Virus record (IMG/VR): IMGVR_UViG_3300032116_022045
DNA from: a virus
Lineage: Duplodnaviria; Caudoviricetes
DNA length: 64,000 bases
Direction: 5' to 3' (one strand)
Below the pieces are notes generated by a model, which saw only the letters and a program-made list of their open reading frames with translations, was not told where the DNA came from and searched no databases. The position numbers and the translations under genes are program-made. Positions 1 to 10,871 of the stretch are shown here, one piece after another (positions within the stretch are counted from its first letter, which is position 1; each line of letters begins with the position of its first letter).

Positions 1-1049
1 ACATCGGACGACAAAATGTACTGATGACCTTCTTTTGGTTCTTCCCAAATCCAAATATTTTTTTCGGCACCTAAAGTCCATTTAGGGTCTTGCATATTAT
101 TTTTATATTGTGCTTCAATATATTGCTCTTCAATAACATTACCACCAGAACCTATAAATGATACATCTAATTCTTGAGCAATCATTCTAGCGTCATTATT
201 CATCGCTAGACACATTTCTTCATACCATGGTGAAGTAGGTTTCCAACCTTCACTTATTCTTTTATTATATGATTCAAAAGTAAATTCAACTTCTTTTTCA
301 ATTAATTCATCTTTAAACCATCTTAATTCTCTATTATATCTTAAATCTTCATACCATTTCATTTCAATGATATTAAAATTATTTTTCTTTTGTTTTGCTA
401 AATCATATGTTTTATAATATAATTCATCAAGACCTTTTGGTGTTGATATAAGAATTGCTTTACCACCGCTACCAAGGGCCGTAAGAGCCGCACCAAAGAC
501 TTCTGCACCATTATCTATATACGCAGCTTCATCCATTACAAGATACGTTGGTGTAAAGCCTCTTAATGCGTCTTTTGATGTTGCTACTGCTTTTATACGA
601 CTACCATTTGGTAATTTTATTTCTTTTTTAGAATCAGTTAAAAAAATTGTTTTTTCTTCATTCTTTTTATTACCATAATATTCTGAACCCCAAACCCATC
701 TTGGTAATTGATTAACAAAATCTTTAATTTTAGCTAAAAATTCAAACGCTAATTCTTGTTTATTGGCAATGATTAGAATATTTTCAGGGTTTTCTTCATC
801 TGCAAAACCTGCTTTTATTGATAGATAAGCAGCTGTTGTTGTTGACACCCCAGCTTGTCTTGGCTTTGTAACTAAATTATGTCTATGGTTTTCATAAGCA
901 TATATTATTTCCTTTTGTCTTGGAAACAATTTAAATGGTACATATCCTTCTTGAGTCTTATCAAAAGTTTCCAAATAAGTTTCAATAGCATATGTAGGAT
1001 TAGTTAAACATAAAGCATATTCCTTTAATATTTCTTGTACTGTTAACAT
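1..1049 (-). CDS. terL: Terminase large subunit, T4 gp17-like (N-terminal part; runs off the window)
   Basis: Manual minus-strand translation from the ATG at 1049: MLTVQEILKEYALCLTNPTYAIETYLETFDKTQEGYVPFKLFPRQKE...VTKPRQAGVSTTTAAY (terminase Walker A). Missing from the ORF track because it is truncated. Confidence 0.9.
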   Translation of the reverse strand, partial: MLTVQEILKEYALCLTNPTYAIETYLETFDKTQEGYVPFKLFPRQKEIIYAYENHRHNLVTKPRQAGVSTTTAAYLSIKAGFADEENPENILIIANKQELAFEFLAKIKDFVNQLPRWVWGSEYYGNKKNEEKTIFLTDSKKEIKLPNGSRIKAVATSKDALRGFTPTYLVMDEAAYIDNGAEVFGAALTALGSGGKAILISTPKGLDELYYKTYDLAKQKKNNFNIIEMKWYEDLRYNRELRWFKDELIEKEVEFTFESYNKRISEGWKPTSPWYEEMCLAMNNDARMIAQELDVSFIGSGGNVIEEQYIEAQYKNNMQDPKWTLGAEKNIWIWEEPKEGHQYILSSD

Positions 1050-1059
1050 GTTTATATAA

Positions 1060-1443
1060 TTAAAATGTTGGGTAAGCAGTTAATTCATATCTACCGCTAG
1101 GCATTCTATAAATAGAAATAGCTATATTTCTGTTAAGTTCTTTACCTCTTTTATTCAATATTGGTTCACCATCTTTTAATAAAGATATTGTCGCACTTTT
1201 AGTTGTTTCATATGGAATACCACCAGTGCCAAAATGAGTAAACAATTCATCTTCATTTAATTCATAACCAAGTGCATTAGCCATATCTCTAACCGAATCT
1301 AATGCTTCAGACAATGTTTCATAATAATCATTATTACGTGTGTCAATTTTATTAAAGTTTTTCTTAAAACTTTCTATAATAATTCTTTCTTTTTCAGCTA
1401 AAATAGCCTTTCTTTCTGTTTCTGTTAATATTAGTTTTTTCAT
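1060..1443 (-). CDS. Hypothetical late protein with an N-terminal MKKLILTE-type leader
   Basis: ORF track; co-oriented and tightly packed with terL. Confidence 0.7.
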   Translation of the reverse strand: MKKLILTETERKAILAEKERIIIESFKKNFNKIDTRNNDYYETLSEALDSVRDMANALGYELNEDELFTHFGTGGIPYETTKSATISLLKDGEPILNKRGKELNRNIAISIYRMPSGRYELTAYPTF

Positions 1444-1448
1444 AAAAA

Positions 1449-2618
1449 TTAATTATTTAAAAATAATTCTTCATAAGAATAACCTAAAGATGAACTATTA
1501 TTTTTGTTAGCTTCATTCATAGCTTCATTAAAATCATCTTCTTGTAATTCTGTTTTTATTTTTTTAGATAACTCTTCAATTATCTTTTTACCTTTTTTTG
1601 TATGTGCCATTATTTCACGCATATTAGAATTAAATTCTTCTGTTGGCATACAAACCAAATCAGTATATATTTGGTGTTTTAAATTAAAATCTTCTGGTTT
1701 AATAAGTTTTGTAAATCTATTCCATATAGCTGGTCCTAACCTAATATCCCATGGTTCAGCAGCAGTAAAATCTGCTTTATTAATAACATACTCACCAAGT
1801 TTTTTATCTTTAGGTAATCCATGTGCAGAGATTAATTCCATAACACCTTTAACAAGTTCATGTATTAAAACTGGGAAAACCATTCCTTGTGCATATATAA
1901 CAGCTTTTGGGTTTTTTTTGGTTGGAAATTGAACTCTAACAACACCACTATTTATTGTGTTATCCATTTCAGGTACCACAAAATAAGTATAATCTGATGC
2001 TGACATTAATTTATTATATTTATTTGGTAATCTTGGGTCTAAATCAGATATATCATCATCAGCCATATGATACATATGATTACATTTTCTTGATGCACCT
2101 TCAACCATTGAATTTATAAATCTTCTTTTATAAACTTCTTTTTTTGCTTTTGCCATATCATCATGACTTTCAAACTCTAATTGAACAGCCACAGGTTTTT
2201 TATTTTTTTTAGGTGCTTCTAATGTGATATTTGGTGTTAATTTAGCGTGTATTTCTACCACATTACTATCCATATTAAATTCTTCTCTAATCATTTTCTC
2301 AGCTAATTTCTCAAGAGATTTTCTATGTTTAGATTCTAATTTCATAGTTTCAGTTAATAATGGTGTAATACTTGACATAATTAACTTATCATCAATTTCT
2401 GTCATATCATGTGCTTTTTTACATCTATTAACAACTTCTTTAAAGCGTTCACCAATTATTTTTTCCTCAAATAATGATTCATCAGTTTCTGGAAAAATTT
2501 CATTTAACCCTAATGAATGTTTTCTGCCAACCAATTCTTCTTCAAGTTTTGGATGCATTCTTTCTTTTAAACTTTCAGGATAAACAACATTTTCATTTAA
2601 TATTCTTTTATTCATCAT
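1449..2618 (-). CDS. Conserved-type phage hypothetical protein, probably virion-associated
   Basis: 389-aa ORF in the terminase gene block; no recognisable catalytic motif. Confidence 0.7.
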   Translation of the reverse strand: MMNKRILNENVVYPESLKERMHPKLEEELVGRKHSLGLNEIFPETDESLFEEKIIGERFKEVVNRCKKAHDMTEIDDKLIMSSITPLLTETMKLESKHRKSLEKLAEKMIREEFNMDSNVVEIHAKLTPNITLEAPKKNKKPVAVQLEFESHDDMAKAKKEVYKRRFINSMVEGASRKCNHMYHMADDDISDLDPRLPNKYNKLMSASDYTYFVVPEMDNTINSGVVRVQFPTKKNPKAVIYAQGMVFPVLIHELVKGVMELISAHGLPKDKKLGEYVINKADFTAAEPWDIRLGPAIWNRFTKLIKPEDFNLKHQIYTDLVCMPTEEFNSNMREIMAHTKKGKKIIEELSKKIKTELQEDDFNEAMNEANKNNSSSLGYSYEELFLNN

Positions 2619-3249
2619 TTAAATCTTTAACTTTAATTATTTTATTTTCTTTTTTAGGTTTTTGACCAAATAATCTTTCGTAAACATATTTTTTAAATTC
2701 ACTAAGACCCATATATTTTTCATTTTCTTTCATATTAGCTTTAGCTAATTCTTCAACAGTTCTAAATTTTCTTATTTTACCATTTTCATTTACAATGAAA
2801 TGTTTAAATTCATTTAGATTTAATGAATCAGAACCAGTTTGTTTTTCTTCTTGTTTAATTAATTCACCTTCAATTAAGTCTTTGGCTGGTTTAGCGACAT
2901 TTTCTTCAAAATATTGTACTGGGTATATTTTATTATCACCAGAGTCATCATACTCATCATGACAATAGACACCCATAACAACTTCTTGATTAGGTGTTAC
3001 ACCTCTAACCATTTGATATTGTTTACCAGATATGTTAAATGGTTTAGATATCTCACCAGTACGACTGTCAATGACATTCGATAAATATTTAATAGTTTCT
3101 GGGTCTTTAGGTTCTATTACAGCATCAACTTCATTAATTTTATCAGTAACTACAATATTTACATTATGGTTATCACCAATATCTTGTATGGTCTTTTTTA
3201 AACCATCTGACGTTGTTATAACTGTAGGTTTTTTTTCATTATTCTCCAT
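2608..3249 (-). CDS. Hypothetical protein
   Basis: ORF track; overlaps its neighbours by a few nt (operon-like). Confidence 0.7.
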   Translation of the reverse strand: MENNEKKPTVITTSDGLKKTIQDIGDNHNVNIVVTDKINEVDAVIEPKDPETIKYLSNVIDSRTGEISKPFNISGKQYQMVRGVTPNQEVVMGVYCHDEYDDSGDNKIYPVQYFEENVAKPAKDLIEGELIKQEEKQTGSDSLNLNEFKHFIVNENGKIRKFRTVEELAKANMKENEKYMGLSEFKKYVYERLFGQKPKKENKIIKVKDLNDE

Positions 3250-3646
3250 GGTATTGCTTTTTATAATTAAGTATTAGGTCTTTTTCATAAAGTTTATTTT
3301 CAACATCAATATTTTTTTCACCAAAACTAAATGATAGTCTTTTATCTGGATATGACTCATAAGCATTTATATTTTCCCATGCCATTGCGATTACACCATC
3401 AACAGCATCCCATATAGCAAATGTATCACTATCTTGTATTAAATCAAGTTTAAGTTCTGATTCAAGTTTACCCACTTTTTTTATTAAATTTTCATGTGGT
3501 GGTTCTGGTCTACCAGATGCTGGATACATATCCCAATCTGGACCATCAATATTATCTAATGAATCAGAAAATAAAAATTCATAAAGGTATTGACCTTTAT
3601 AATTTTTACCGACTTTATTAATATAAATCAAATATAAATTTTCCAT
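3239..3646 (-). CDS. Hypothetical protein
   Basis: ORF track; coupled to its neighbours. Confidence 0.7.
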   Translation of the reverse strand: MENLYLIYINKVGKNYKGQYLYEFLFSDSLDNIDGPDWDMYPASGRPEPPHENLIKKVGKLESELKLDLIQDSDTFAIWDAVDGVIAMAWENINAYESYPDKRLSFSFGEKNIDVENKLYEKDLILNYKKQYHGE

Positions 3647-6633
3647 TATTCAATATCTGCCATTGGTAAAAAAGGTTTATTTTCTCTTTTAATATTTAAT
3701 GGTTTTTCAATATTATGTTTTTTACTTTTTTTATCTTTAGAATCCTTATCGTTAGTTTGTTTTGGTCTTTCATCATCGTCATCATCACCAAAGGTTTCAT
3801 TTAATTGTCTTTGAATATAATGTTTATCAAAACCATGCATATCTATTTTATTTTTTAAGAAATGATATACTTCTTCGATGTCATCTTTTGATGTTGCGAT
3901 ATGGTCTAATGCCCAACCATGACCATCTGATAAGACATTATCAACATTTTCAAAATCCATACCTTTCATTTCTGAAACTGCATTATAGATAGTTTTTAAA
4001 TTTTGCCAAAACATATAATTATTTGACATTTCATCTTTATTTGACATAATTTCTTCTAATTTTTGTTTAAAATTTTCCATATTTTCTTTAATACTTTTTT
4101 TACCCCATGATTTACCTTTACCTTTTGTTTTACATGCACTAGGATATGGTCTACATGCTGGATATTTAGCTCTTTTTTCACCTTCTTCTCTACCACAAGG
4201 TTTACATTTTAATCTACCAGTTTCTTTATTTTTTCTACATGTATTACAATCAACCCAGCCTTGTGAACCTTCACCACCTTTTCTAGAAAACCAACCATGA
4301 AGACCTTGTGATTTCTCTTTTGAGAAGTTAGTTTTTTTAGATTCATCTACTTTAATCTTATTTGTTTTGATATAATCATCAATCCATGCTTGTAATTCAT
4401 GTACATCTGGTGCGTATTCTTTACCCTTTTTTCTTGTAATCGAATCATGAGCTTTTTTAATCATTTCTCGACTCAACTTTTCTCTATCTATCTCTTTAGT
4501 TTTATTAATAGTTTTTTTACCTTCAGTAAATAATCTAGGCATTGTTAAGTATTTAATTATATTTTTATAATAAATATTAACATTACTACGCTTATCTTTA
4601 ATTAATTCACCGTTATCGTTTTTTGGTGTTAGATAACCATTAACATAACCAGTTTCAAAATTAAACTTTTTCATTTCAAATTTAACTAATTTAGATGACA
4701 AAACATCGTTTCTATAAGATTCACTTTTATCTTCAAACTTATCTTTTAAACTATTTATTGTTTCTAGCATATCTAAATTAAAATCAACATCATTATTAGC
4801 AAAATAAATTTCTAAAAGGTTAATCGCTTCAAAATGTTTAGCGATTTGAATTATTTTTTCTATTTCATCTAAGTCTTTAATGTCAACTTGTTTCATAATA
4901 TCATCTATGTTATCTTCATTAAAACCACCAATATGATGTATAAACATAATTGCATCATAGTTTTCATCATCATATCTATTTTCTAAACTTGCTTCAAGAC
5001 CATACAAAAAATCACGTCTAAAATCTTTAGCCATATCTGGATAATCAATGTAATTTAAAGCCATAGAAACTGTATAATAACCATCTGAATTTCCATCACC
5101 TTCAAAAGCAGCTCTTACTAAGCTTTCTTTCTGTTCATCTGTAAATTTATTACTATAAAAATTTTCAAAAGTTTCAGTATCACCATTTTCTAATGATGCT
5201 TCACAGATATTAAAATCAAGGTCGTTACCATAAATTTTATTAAAAAATTCATAAACATCATCATTTTCATTCATAAATTCACCAAGTCTTATTGGATAAT
5301 CTTTAGCGTCCATAAATTGAGAATCCTCAAAATGAAATTGATATTTTTCAGAAGGGTCTTGTTTATTTATTAATATGTATAAAGACCCTCTATTATTATA
5401 ACGGTCAAACATGTTATTATAACCAGTTGCTGCTGTACACCATTTTGTACCTTTACCATAATAACAAGAAGCTTCTTCTGTTTTTGGAACAATAATTGTC
5501 CAGTTAGTTAAATTATATTTATCAACGTCTTTTTTAATTTCTTTTTCTATATCTGTTTTTGATTTTAACTCTTCACTATCTGATTTTGATTCTAAATCAA
5601 AAATAAAATCTAATAAAGTTTTTATATTAAATTTATTAATATCTTTTTTATCAGTAGGTAATAGATTTTTAATCTTACTAGTATTAAAAAATTCTAAATC
5701 GTTTTTTATTTTATATAAATCTTCATCTTTAGCTTTTTTCAATAATTCAACATTATCTTTTCTGAATAACCATCTAGTATATTCACCTAATTTATTTTTA
5801 TCTTTATTATATGTTGGGTCTAAATCAATTATTTTATTAAATTTTTCTTTATCTGATTTTTCATCATCTTTATTAAATAAGTTTTTATAGAATTTATTAT
5901 AAGCTTCTTCAGAACTTATTTCATTTATTATGTTCATATTTTCTTCCATTATTTTTTTAATAAATTTTTTTTGCCTTAATTTAATTGTATCTAATGATTC
6001 TTTAATCTTTTTTCTACCTTGACAATGTGCTTTTTGGCTAAACCCTTTTGGGTTACTACAATCAATACTCTTTTTGTATTTCTCTGACCATTTCTCATTA
6101 ATTTGGTCATCAATATTTTCATCAGTTTTATTTCCCCAATTAGCAGCACCAACTTTACGACATTTTACGAGGGCACCTGAACCGTAGGCACTTGGCCAGA
6201 CAGAATATCTACTTTTTACTTTATAATAACAAGCATCTCTTTTTGTTTTTTTCTTTTTCTTTTTACCCTCTTGAATAATTTCAAATATAGCATATTCACC
6301 ATCTTCAAAATCAGTTTCAATAACTTCAACCATTAAATCACCAGAACCTTTAATTACCCTATGAAATGTGTTTTTAGGTATAAAAATTTCTTCATTAACA
6401 TTAAGTTTTTTTGGCAATTCATTATCAAATTGAATCATCCAATCATTGTTTTCTAAAACAATAACAACTCTATCTTTTTTATCTCTATGCCAAGATAATT
6501 CATTTTCATTAACGTCTTTTGAAAATGAACGTCTAATTATATTATTATTTATAGTTTCCTTATAAGGTTTCATATTATTTTTCATTTTTTTCTTGCCATT
6601 TATATGAGATTGAATCATCTTCGATAGGACCAC
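3646..6633 (-). CDS. Large modular protein: cupin-like N-terminal module, small basic Cys-rich modules, an ASCYYGxGTxWCT domain and a DGHGWALDHIATS module
   Basis: 995-aa ORF; modules are shared with ORFs 7049-8407 and 8440-9870; module borders fall at (I/L/V)xE motifs. Confidence 0.75.
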   Translation of the reverse strand: MVLSKMIQSHINGKKKMKNNMKPYKETINNNIIRRSFSKDVNENELSWHRDKKDRVVIVLENNDWMIQFDNELPKKLNVNEEIFIPKNTFHRVIKGSGDLMVEVIETDFEDGEYAIFEIIQEGKKKKKKTKRDACYYKVKSRYSVWPSAYGSGALVKCRKVGAANWGNKTDENIDDQINEKWSEKYKKSIDCSNPKGFSQKAHCQGRKKIKESLDTIKLRQKKFIKKIMEENMNIINEISSEEAYNKFYKNLFNKDDEKSDKEKFNKIIDLDPTYNKDKNKLGEYTRWLFRKDNVELLKKAKDEDLYKIKNDLEFFNTSKIKNLLPTDKKDINKFNIKTLLDFIFDLESKSDSEELKSKTDIEKEIKKDVDKYNLTNWTIIVPKTEEASCYYGKGTKWCTAATGYNNMFDRYNNRGSLYILINKQDPSEKYQFHFEDSQFMDAKDYPIRLGEFMNENDDVYEFFNKIYGNDLDFNICEASLENGDTETFENFYSNKFTDEQKESLVRAAFEGDGNSDGYYTVSMALNYIDYPDMAKDFRRDFLYGLEASLENRYDDENYDAIMFIHHIGGFNEDNIDDIMKQVDIKDLDEIEKIIQIAKHFEAINLLEIYFANNDVDFNLDMLETINSLKDKFEDKSESYRNDVLSSKLVKFEMKKFNFETGYVNGYLTPKNDNGELIKDKRSNVNIYYKNIIKYLTMPRLFTEGKKTINKTKEIDREKLSREMIKKAHDSITRKKGKEYAPDVHELQAWIDDYIKTNKIKVDESKKTNFSKEKSQGLHGWFSRKGGEGSQGWVDCNTCRKNKETGRLKCKPCGREEGEKRAKYPACRPYPSACKTKGKGKSWGKKSIKENMENFKQKLEEIMSNKDEMSNNYMFWQNLKTIYNAVSEMKGMDFENVDNVLSDGHGWALDHIATSKDDIEEVYHFLKNKIDMHGFDKHYIQRQLNETFGDDDDDERPKQTNDKDSKDKKSKKHNIEKPLNIKRENKPFLPMADIE

Positions 6634-7027
6634 CTTTGGCCCATGTTCTACAACTTCTAGCTGAATGACATTTAAAATGATGCATCCAACAATAACCTAA
6701 TCTACCATCTTCATCAGATACTGGACCTGGCATACAATCATCCATTCTTTTAGAGATATCAAAAGCAACACAATTACCACATCTAGATTCCATAGCAGCT
6801 TCAACACTAGTATCCCAATGGTCAGCTATATTTTCCCAAAAATCAGCTGGTTCATCAACATTTAACGGACCATATTTAATGTGTGGTTCATTTATTGCAG
6901 CATCTCTATTTTTAGTGTTTAATTCTAAATCTTGTGTTGCTTTTGGACAATCCATTTCTGGTTTACCTAAAACTTGTCTGTTTTTTCTTTCAATTAATAT
7001 TTTTTTGTTTTTTTCTATTCTTCCCAT
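6575..7027 (-). CDS. Cys/His-rich hypothetical protein (CGNC...YCWMHHFKCHSARSC), possibly metal-binding
   Basis: ORF track; Cys/His pattern. Confidence 0.7.
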   Translation of the reverse strand: MGRIEKNKKILIERKNRQVLGKPEMDCPKATQDLELNTKNRDAAINEPHIKYGPLNVDEPADFWENIADHWDTSVEAAMESRCGNCVAFDISKRMDDCMPGPVSDEDGRLGYCWMHHFKCHSARSCRTWAKGGPIEDDSISYKWQEKNEK

Positions 7028-7048
7028 AATTAATCTTTTTAATAAGTA

Positions 7049-8407
7049 TTACCAGTTTAATCTATCATTTAATATTTCATTAAAATTATCATTATCTATG
7101 TTACCATCAAAACCATATCTAGGGTAATTAAAATCAATTTTACCGTATTTTTCTGAGTAACCAGTAATAAATGATGATGTGTCCATACCATATAATAAAA
7201 TTGGTTCAGGACAAGTTATCTTTAATTTTATCTTATCACCATACTCAACATTTGTACCACCAAAATGATTAATTATATGTTTTGTTATTTGGTCGTAAGC
7301 TTCTTTTTCATCAGCTTGACGTTTAGCGTCAGATAACGCACCATCTATTTCACCAATAAATTCATCAAGTATAGCTTCTTCAAGTTCATCATCATCCATT
7401 TCATTTAAATCATAACCATTTTCTTTAAGTTTTTCCTTAATTAAAGACATATTTTTGTCATTAATATCATCTAAATAATATAACTTGATATCACTTCTAC
7501 TATAATCATAATCAGTATAATTATCATCTAAATCTCTTAAAAACATTGCTGGATTAATGTAGTTTCTATCTTCTTCAAAAGCGTCTTCAAAATCACCCCA
7601 ATCATTAACAACAATGTAACAAGAATCGTTAGCAACTTCTAAATCACTAAATTTAAGTGATTTAACTCTATCTTTTAAAAAATTATTATAAAAATTTCTT
7701 AAACCAGCGTTTTGTTTATTATCGATAAATTCAAATAATTCTATTTCATTATCATCAATATCCATAAATTGACTTGTTTCAAAATGAAACTGATATCTAT
7801 CTTCATAATCACTTTTATTTATATTAATAAATAAAGGACCTGTTTTATCATAATAATCAAATCTATTTGTTTTAGATTTATGTCTATCATCAAAAGATTT
7901 TTCACCCCATGTTGTGCACCATTCAGTACCTCTACCATAATAACATGAGGCATATTCTGTTTCTGGTATAATAACACACCATTTTTCATCCTCATATACT
8001 TTTTTAGCACCATCAATAACAGAACACAAATCAACTTGTTTACCTGATTCATAACTAGAATAATCTAATTTGTTTTTTACGATATTACCGAGTTCACCAA
8101 GAGTTTTAAATTTGTCGTAATCTATGTTTTTAAATTCAGATTGTTTAAATTTATCAAATGTTTGTATGTATTCTGTTGCTCTTTCTAAGTCTTCTAGTTT
8201 TAATTGTTTATTCTTATAAATTTTTAATAACCACTTAGCATAAGGACTTAAAAATTTTGGTTTTGAAAATGGGTCAGCATTAATAATTAAGTCATATTCC
8301 TCTTTTGGAATGTCTTTATAAAACTTAATATAAGCGTCATCGACAGTTATTTCTATCAATAAAGACTTAAGTTTTTTTAATTGTGTTTCCGTTATTTTTA
8401 TTTTCAT
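7049..8407 (-). CDS. Hypothetical late protein with an ASCYYGRGTEWCTT domain
   Basis: Paralogous to the central region of 3646-6633; late-type motif upstream at about 8422. Confidence 0.75.
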   Translation of the reverse strand: MKIKITETQLKKLKSLLIEITVDDAYIKFYKDIPKEEYDLIINADPFSKPKFLSPYAKWLLKIYKNKQLKLEDLERATEYIQTFDKFKQSEFKNIDYDKFKTLGELGNIVKNKLDYSSYESGKQVDLCSVIDGAKKVYEDEKWCVIIPETEYASCYYGRGTEWCTTWGEKSFDDRHKSKTNRFDYYDKTGPLFININKSDYEDRYQFHFETSQFMDIDDNEIELFEFIDNKQNAGLRNFYNNFLKDRVKSLKFSDLEVANDSCYIVVNDWGDFEDAFEEDRNYINPAMFLRDLDDNYTDYDYSRSDIKLYYLDDINDKNMSLIKEKLKENGYDLNEMDDDELEEAILDEFIGEIDGALSDAKRQADEKEAYDQITKHIINHFGGTNVEYGDKIKLKITCPEPILLYGMDTSSFITGYSEKYGKIDFNYPRYGFDGNIDNDNFNEILNDRLNW

Positions 8408-8439
8408 TTTTTTATCTAATTAATAAATATTGTTTTGTA

Positions 8440-9870
8440 TCACCAAAAAGTACCGCCCCCACTCAAACCAAGCAATTTAGAATATCTTGGAAGTCGGCAG
8501 CTCCAGTAACCTGGTGTTGTCTTATCATTTTTACTTTTACAATTATGTCTATCAGCAAATCTTTTTCTAGCTTTTGGGTCTCTTAATTTAACAGCTAAAT
8601 TACCACCACCAGATTTAGCACCAAAAGATACTTTTTTAATATTACCTGATTTTGGGTCTTTAACATAAACATAGAATTTTTTAGAACCACCTCTTTTTGG
8701 TTTGTTTAATTGTACCTTTTTACCTTTATATTCAGCTTCCTTTAATGATTCTTTATTAACTTCTTCAAATATAAAATTCATTTTTAATTTCTGGTTATTG
8801 TATTCGACATACATATTATCAAAATCATTTATAATAAAAGAATCGTTTTCATTTAAAGCAAGTAAATTATTTTTATATAATTTTTTTACTTCAGTCATTA
8901 AATTCATGAATTTTTCTGAACCATATCTAAATACTGATTCACCTAATGCAATACCATTATCTAAATGATATTGTAATTCAGGTGATACTTGAACATTTTT
9001 TGTTAATTGCATTGGTTTTGACCATTCACTATAATCATCATTAATATTACTATCTAAAAAATGATATACTTCTTCAACATCATCAGCAGAAGTTGCGATA
9101 TGGTCTAATGCCCAACCATGACCATCTGATAAAATAGAATCAACTTTATCACAGTCCATAGATAATATTTCTTCTACAGCGTCACATATTGTTTTTAAGT
9201 TAGCCCAAAACATATAGTTATTAGTCTCAATTTCATCGTCATGGTTAACGTTTTGATAATCGTTTGATGGATTATATTCATTACTACCTTTTGGTGCGAA
9301 TATGCTTAGCTTTTTGGGGTTAGATAATAAAAAGTTTTCACTAGATTCATCCACAGTTTCTTCATCACCTTTATTATCAACATTTTCATCAGAATCAATA
9401 TTGCTGTTATCATCAATATTATCATTGCCATCATCGCTAGTATTAGACTGATTAGTGTTTTCATCATTTTTTCCAGATTTTTTTACTTTTTTAATTATAT
9501 CTTTTTGGTCATCAGCATCCATTTCACCAGTATGTGTTGCTGACAATAATGAATTAATAGCAAATTTTTCTAATTCAAAATCTGGTTGACCTTGTTCATC
9601 TGTGTATTGTCTAAGTGATTGACCTAATTTACCAGTTAATTGTTGTATAAATTTCTTTGGGTCTTCTTCTTCATCAGCTTCAACACCAGCGTCAAATGGT
9701 TCTTTTTCAAAAGGCATTTCACCAGAATCAGCATCTGTAGGTTCTGTTGTATTATCTACTGCTTGATTGTCCACTGGTTGATTATCCATTGGTTCGTCCA
9801 TTGGTTGTTCCATTGGTTCATCAGCAGGGATATCAGTAGGTTCACCCATTGGCTGTTCCATTGGTGCCAT
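8440..9870 (-). CDS. Acidic/basic modular protein; probably the C-terminal part of a -1 frameshift fusion with 9942-10844
   Basis: The frame stays open upstream of the ATG as far as the A10 run at 9948-9957 (SLIDKLTEEVKYKLKISSPKPAQPAP). Confidence 0.7.
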   Translation of the reverse strand: MAPMEQPMGEPTDIPADEPMEQPMDEPMDNQPVDNQAVDNTTEPTDADSGEMPFEKEPFDAGVEADEEEDPKKFIQQLTGKLGQSLRQYTDEQGQPDFELEKFAINSLLSATHTGEMDADDQKDIIKKVKKSGKNDENTNQSNTSDDGNDNIDDNSNIDSDENVDNKGDEETVDESSENFLLSNPKKLSIFAPKGSNEYNPSNDYQNVNHDDEIETNNYMFWANLKTICDAVEEILSMDCDKVDSILSDGHGWALDHIATSADDVEEVYHFLDSNINDDYSEWSKPMQLTKNVQVSPELQYHLDNGIALGESVFRYGSEKFMNLMTEVKKLYKNNLLALNENDSFIINDFDNMYVEYNNQKLKMNFIFEEVNKESLKEAEYKGKKVQLNKPKRGGSKKFYVYVKDPKSGNIKKVSFGAKSGGGNLAVKLRDPKARKRFADRHNCKSKNDKTTPGYWSCRLPRYSKLLGLSGGGTFW

Positions 9871-9941
9871 AGGTGCTGGTTGTGCTGGTTTAGGTGAAGA
9901 TATCTTTAATTTATATTTAACTTCTTCAGTTAACTTATCAA

Positions 9942-10844
9942 TTAAACTTTTTTTTTTAATTTAACACCTCTACCTTTTAATATATCAGCTCTAGTAACTT
10001 TACCATCACCAGTTAAATCAGGAAAACTTTTTTTACGTTCATCAATATTTTTAGATGGTTTAATGTATATTCTATATACATTGCTACCTAATGAATCAAT
10101 ATCATTATACTTTTTAAAACCTAAGTCATCTTTACCATCTATATCACCTAACATAAAATTAGCATTACCATGTTCATTTGAAACATCTTGAATAAAAGAA
10201 TCCAATTTTTCAATATCTTCATCAGATAAACCACTATCGTCACCATTTATTAAGGATGACATAGCCCATTCAGGTACTTCATAAGCAATTAAATCATCAT
10301 CTTCACTATCATCATCAATCATGTCATCAATAGCTTGTTCATATTCAGTTAATTCAACTTCATCTATATCATATTCCATCATTGGCATATCTTCTTCAAG
10401 ATTACCATGACCGCTAAAACCATTACTTTTCATTTCTGCAAAACCAGCTGCCATAGGTGTTTCTGATAATAAATTATCATTTTCAAACACATTTATTTCA
10501 CCATCAAAATTATACGCTTCAGCCAAACTTTTGAATTTTAGGTTTAAATGTTTAATTGCCTTTGCGTAAGAAGGATAAGCTTCTTGTTTTTTATTTTGCA
10601 ATCCACCAATATATTTAAAATCTTCAGCAATTAAATTATTTAACTTATTTGCTTTTTTAATATACCATTCATGATTTTCTCTGATAACAGCATAGGCATT
10701 ACCATCAGGTCCTACTTTGGTTAATTCAACAGCATAATTTTTTTTATCTTCATTTATAGAAGAAATACCCATTAATTGTTTTTGACGTTCAAGTATTTCG
10801 TTACCTTTTAAACCAACTGGACTTATGATTAATTGTTTTTTCAT
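9942..10844 (-). CDS. Hypothetical late protein ending in KLKKKV at a poly-A slippery site
   Basis: ORF track. Confidence 0.75.
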   Translation of the reverse strand: MKKQLIISPVGLKGNEILERQKQLMGISSINEDKKNYAVELTKVGPDGNAYAVIRENHEWYIKKANKLNNLIAEDFKYIGGLQNKKQEAYPSYAKAIKHLNLKFKSLAEAYNFDGEINVFENDNLLSETPMAAGFAEMKSNGFSGHGNLEEDMPMMEYDIDEVELTEYEQAIDDMIDDDSEDDDLIAYEVPEWAMSSLINGDDSGLSDEDIEKLDSFIQDVSNEHGNANFMLGDIDGKDDLGFKKYNDIDSLGSNVYRIYIKPSKNIDERKKSFPDLTGDGKVTRADILKGRGVKLKKKV

Positions 10845-10871
10845 ATTTTTTTTTATTTAATTATATTATTT

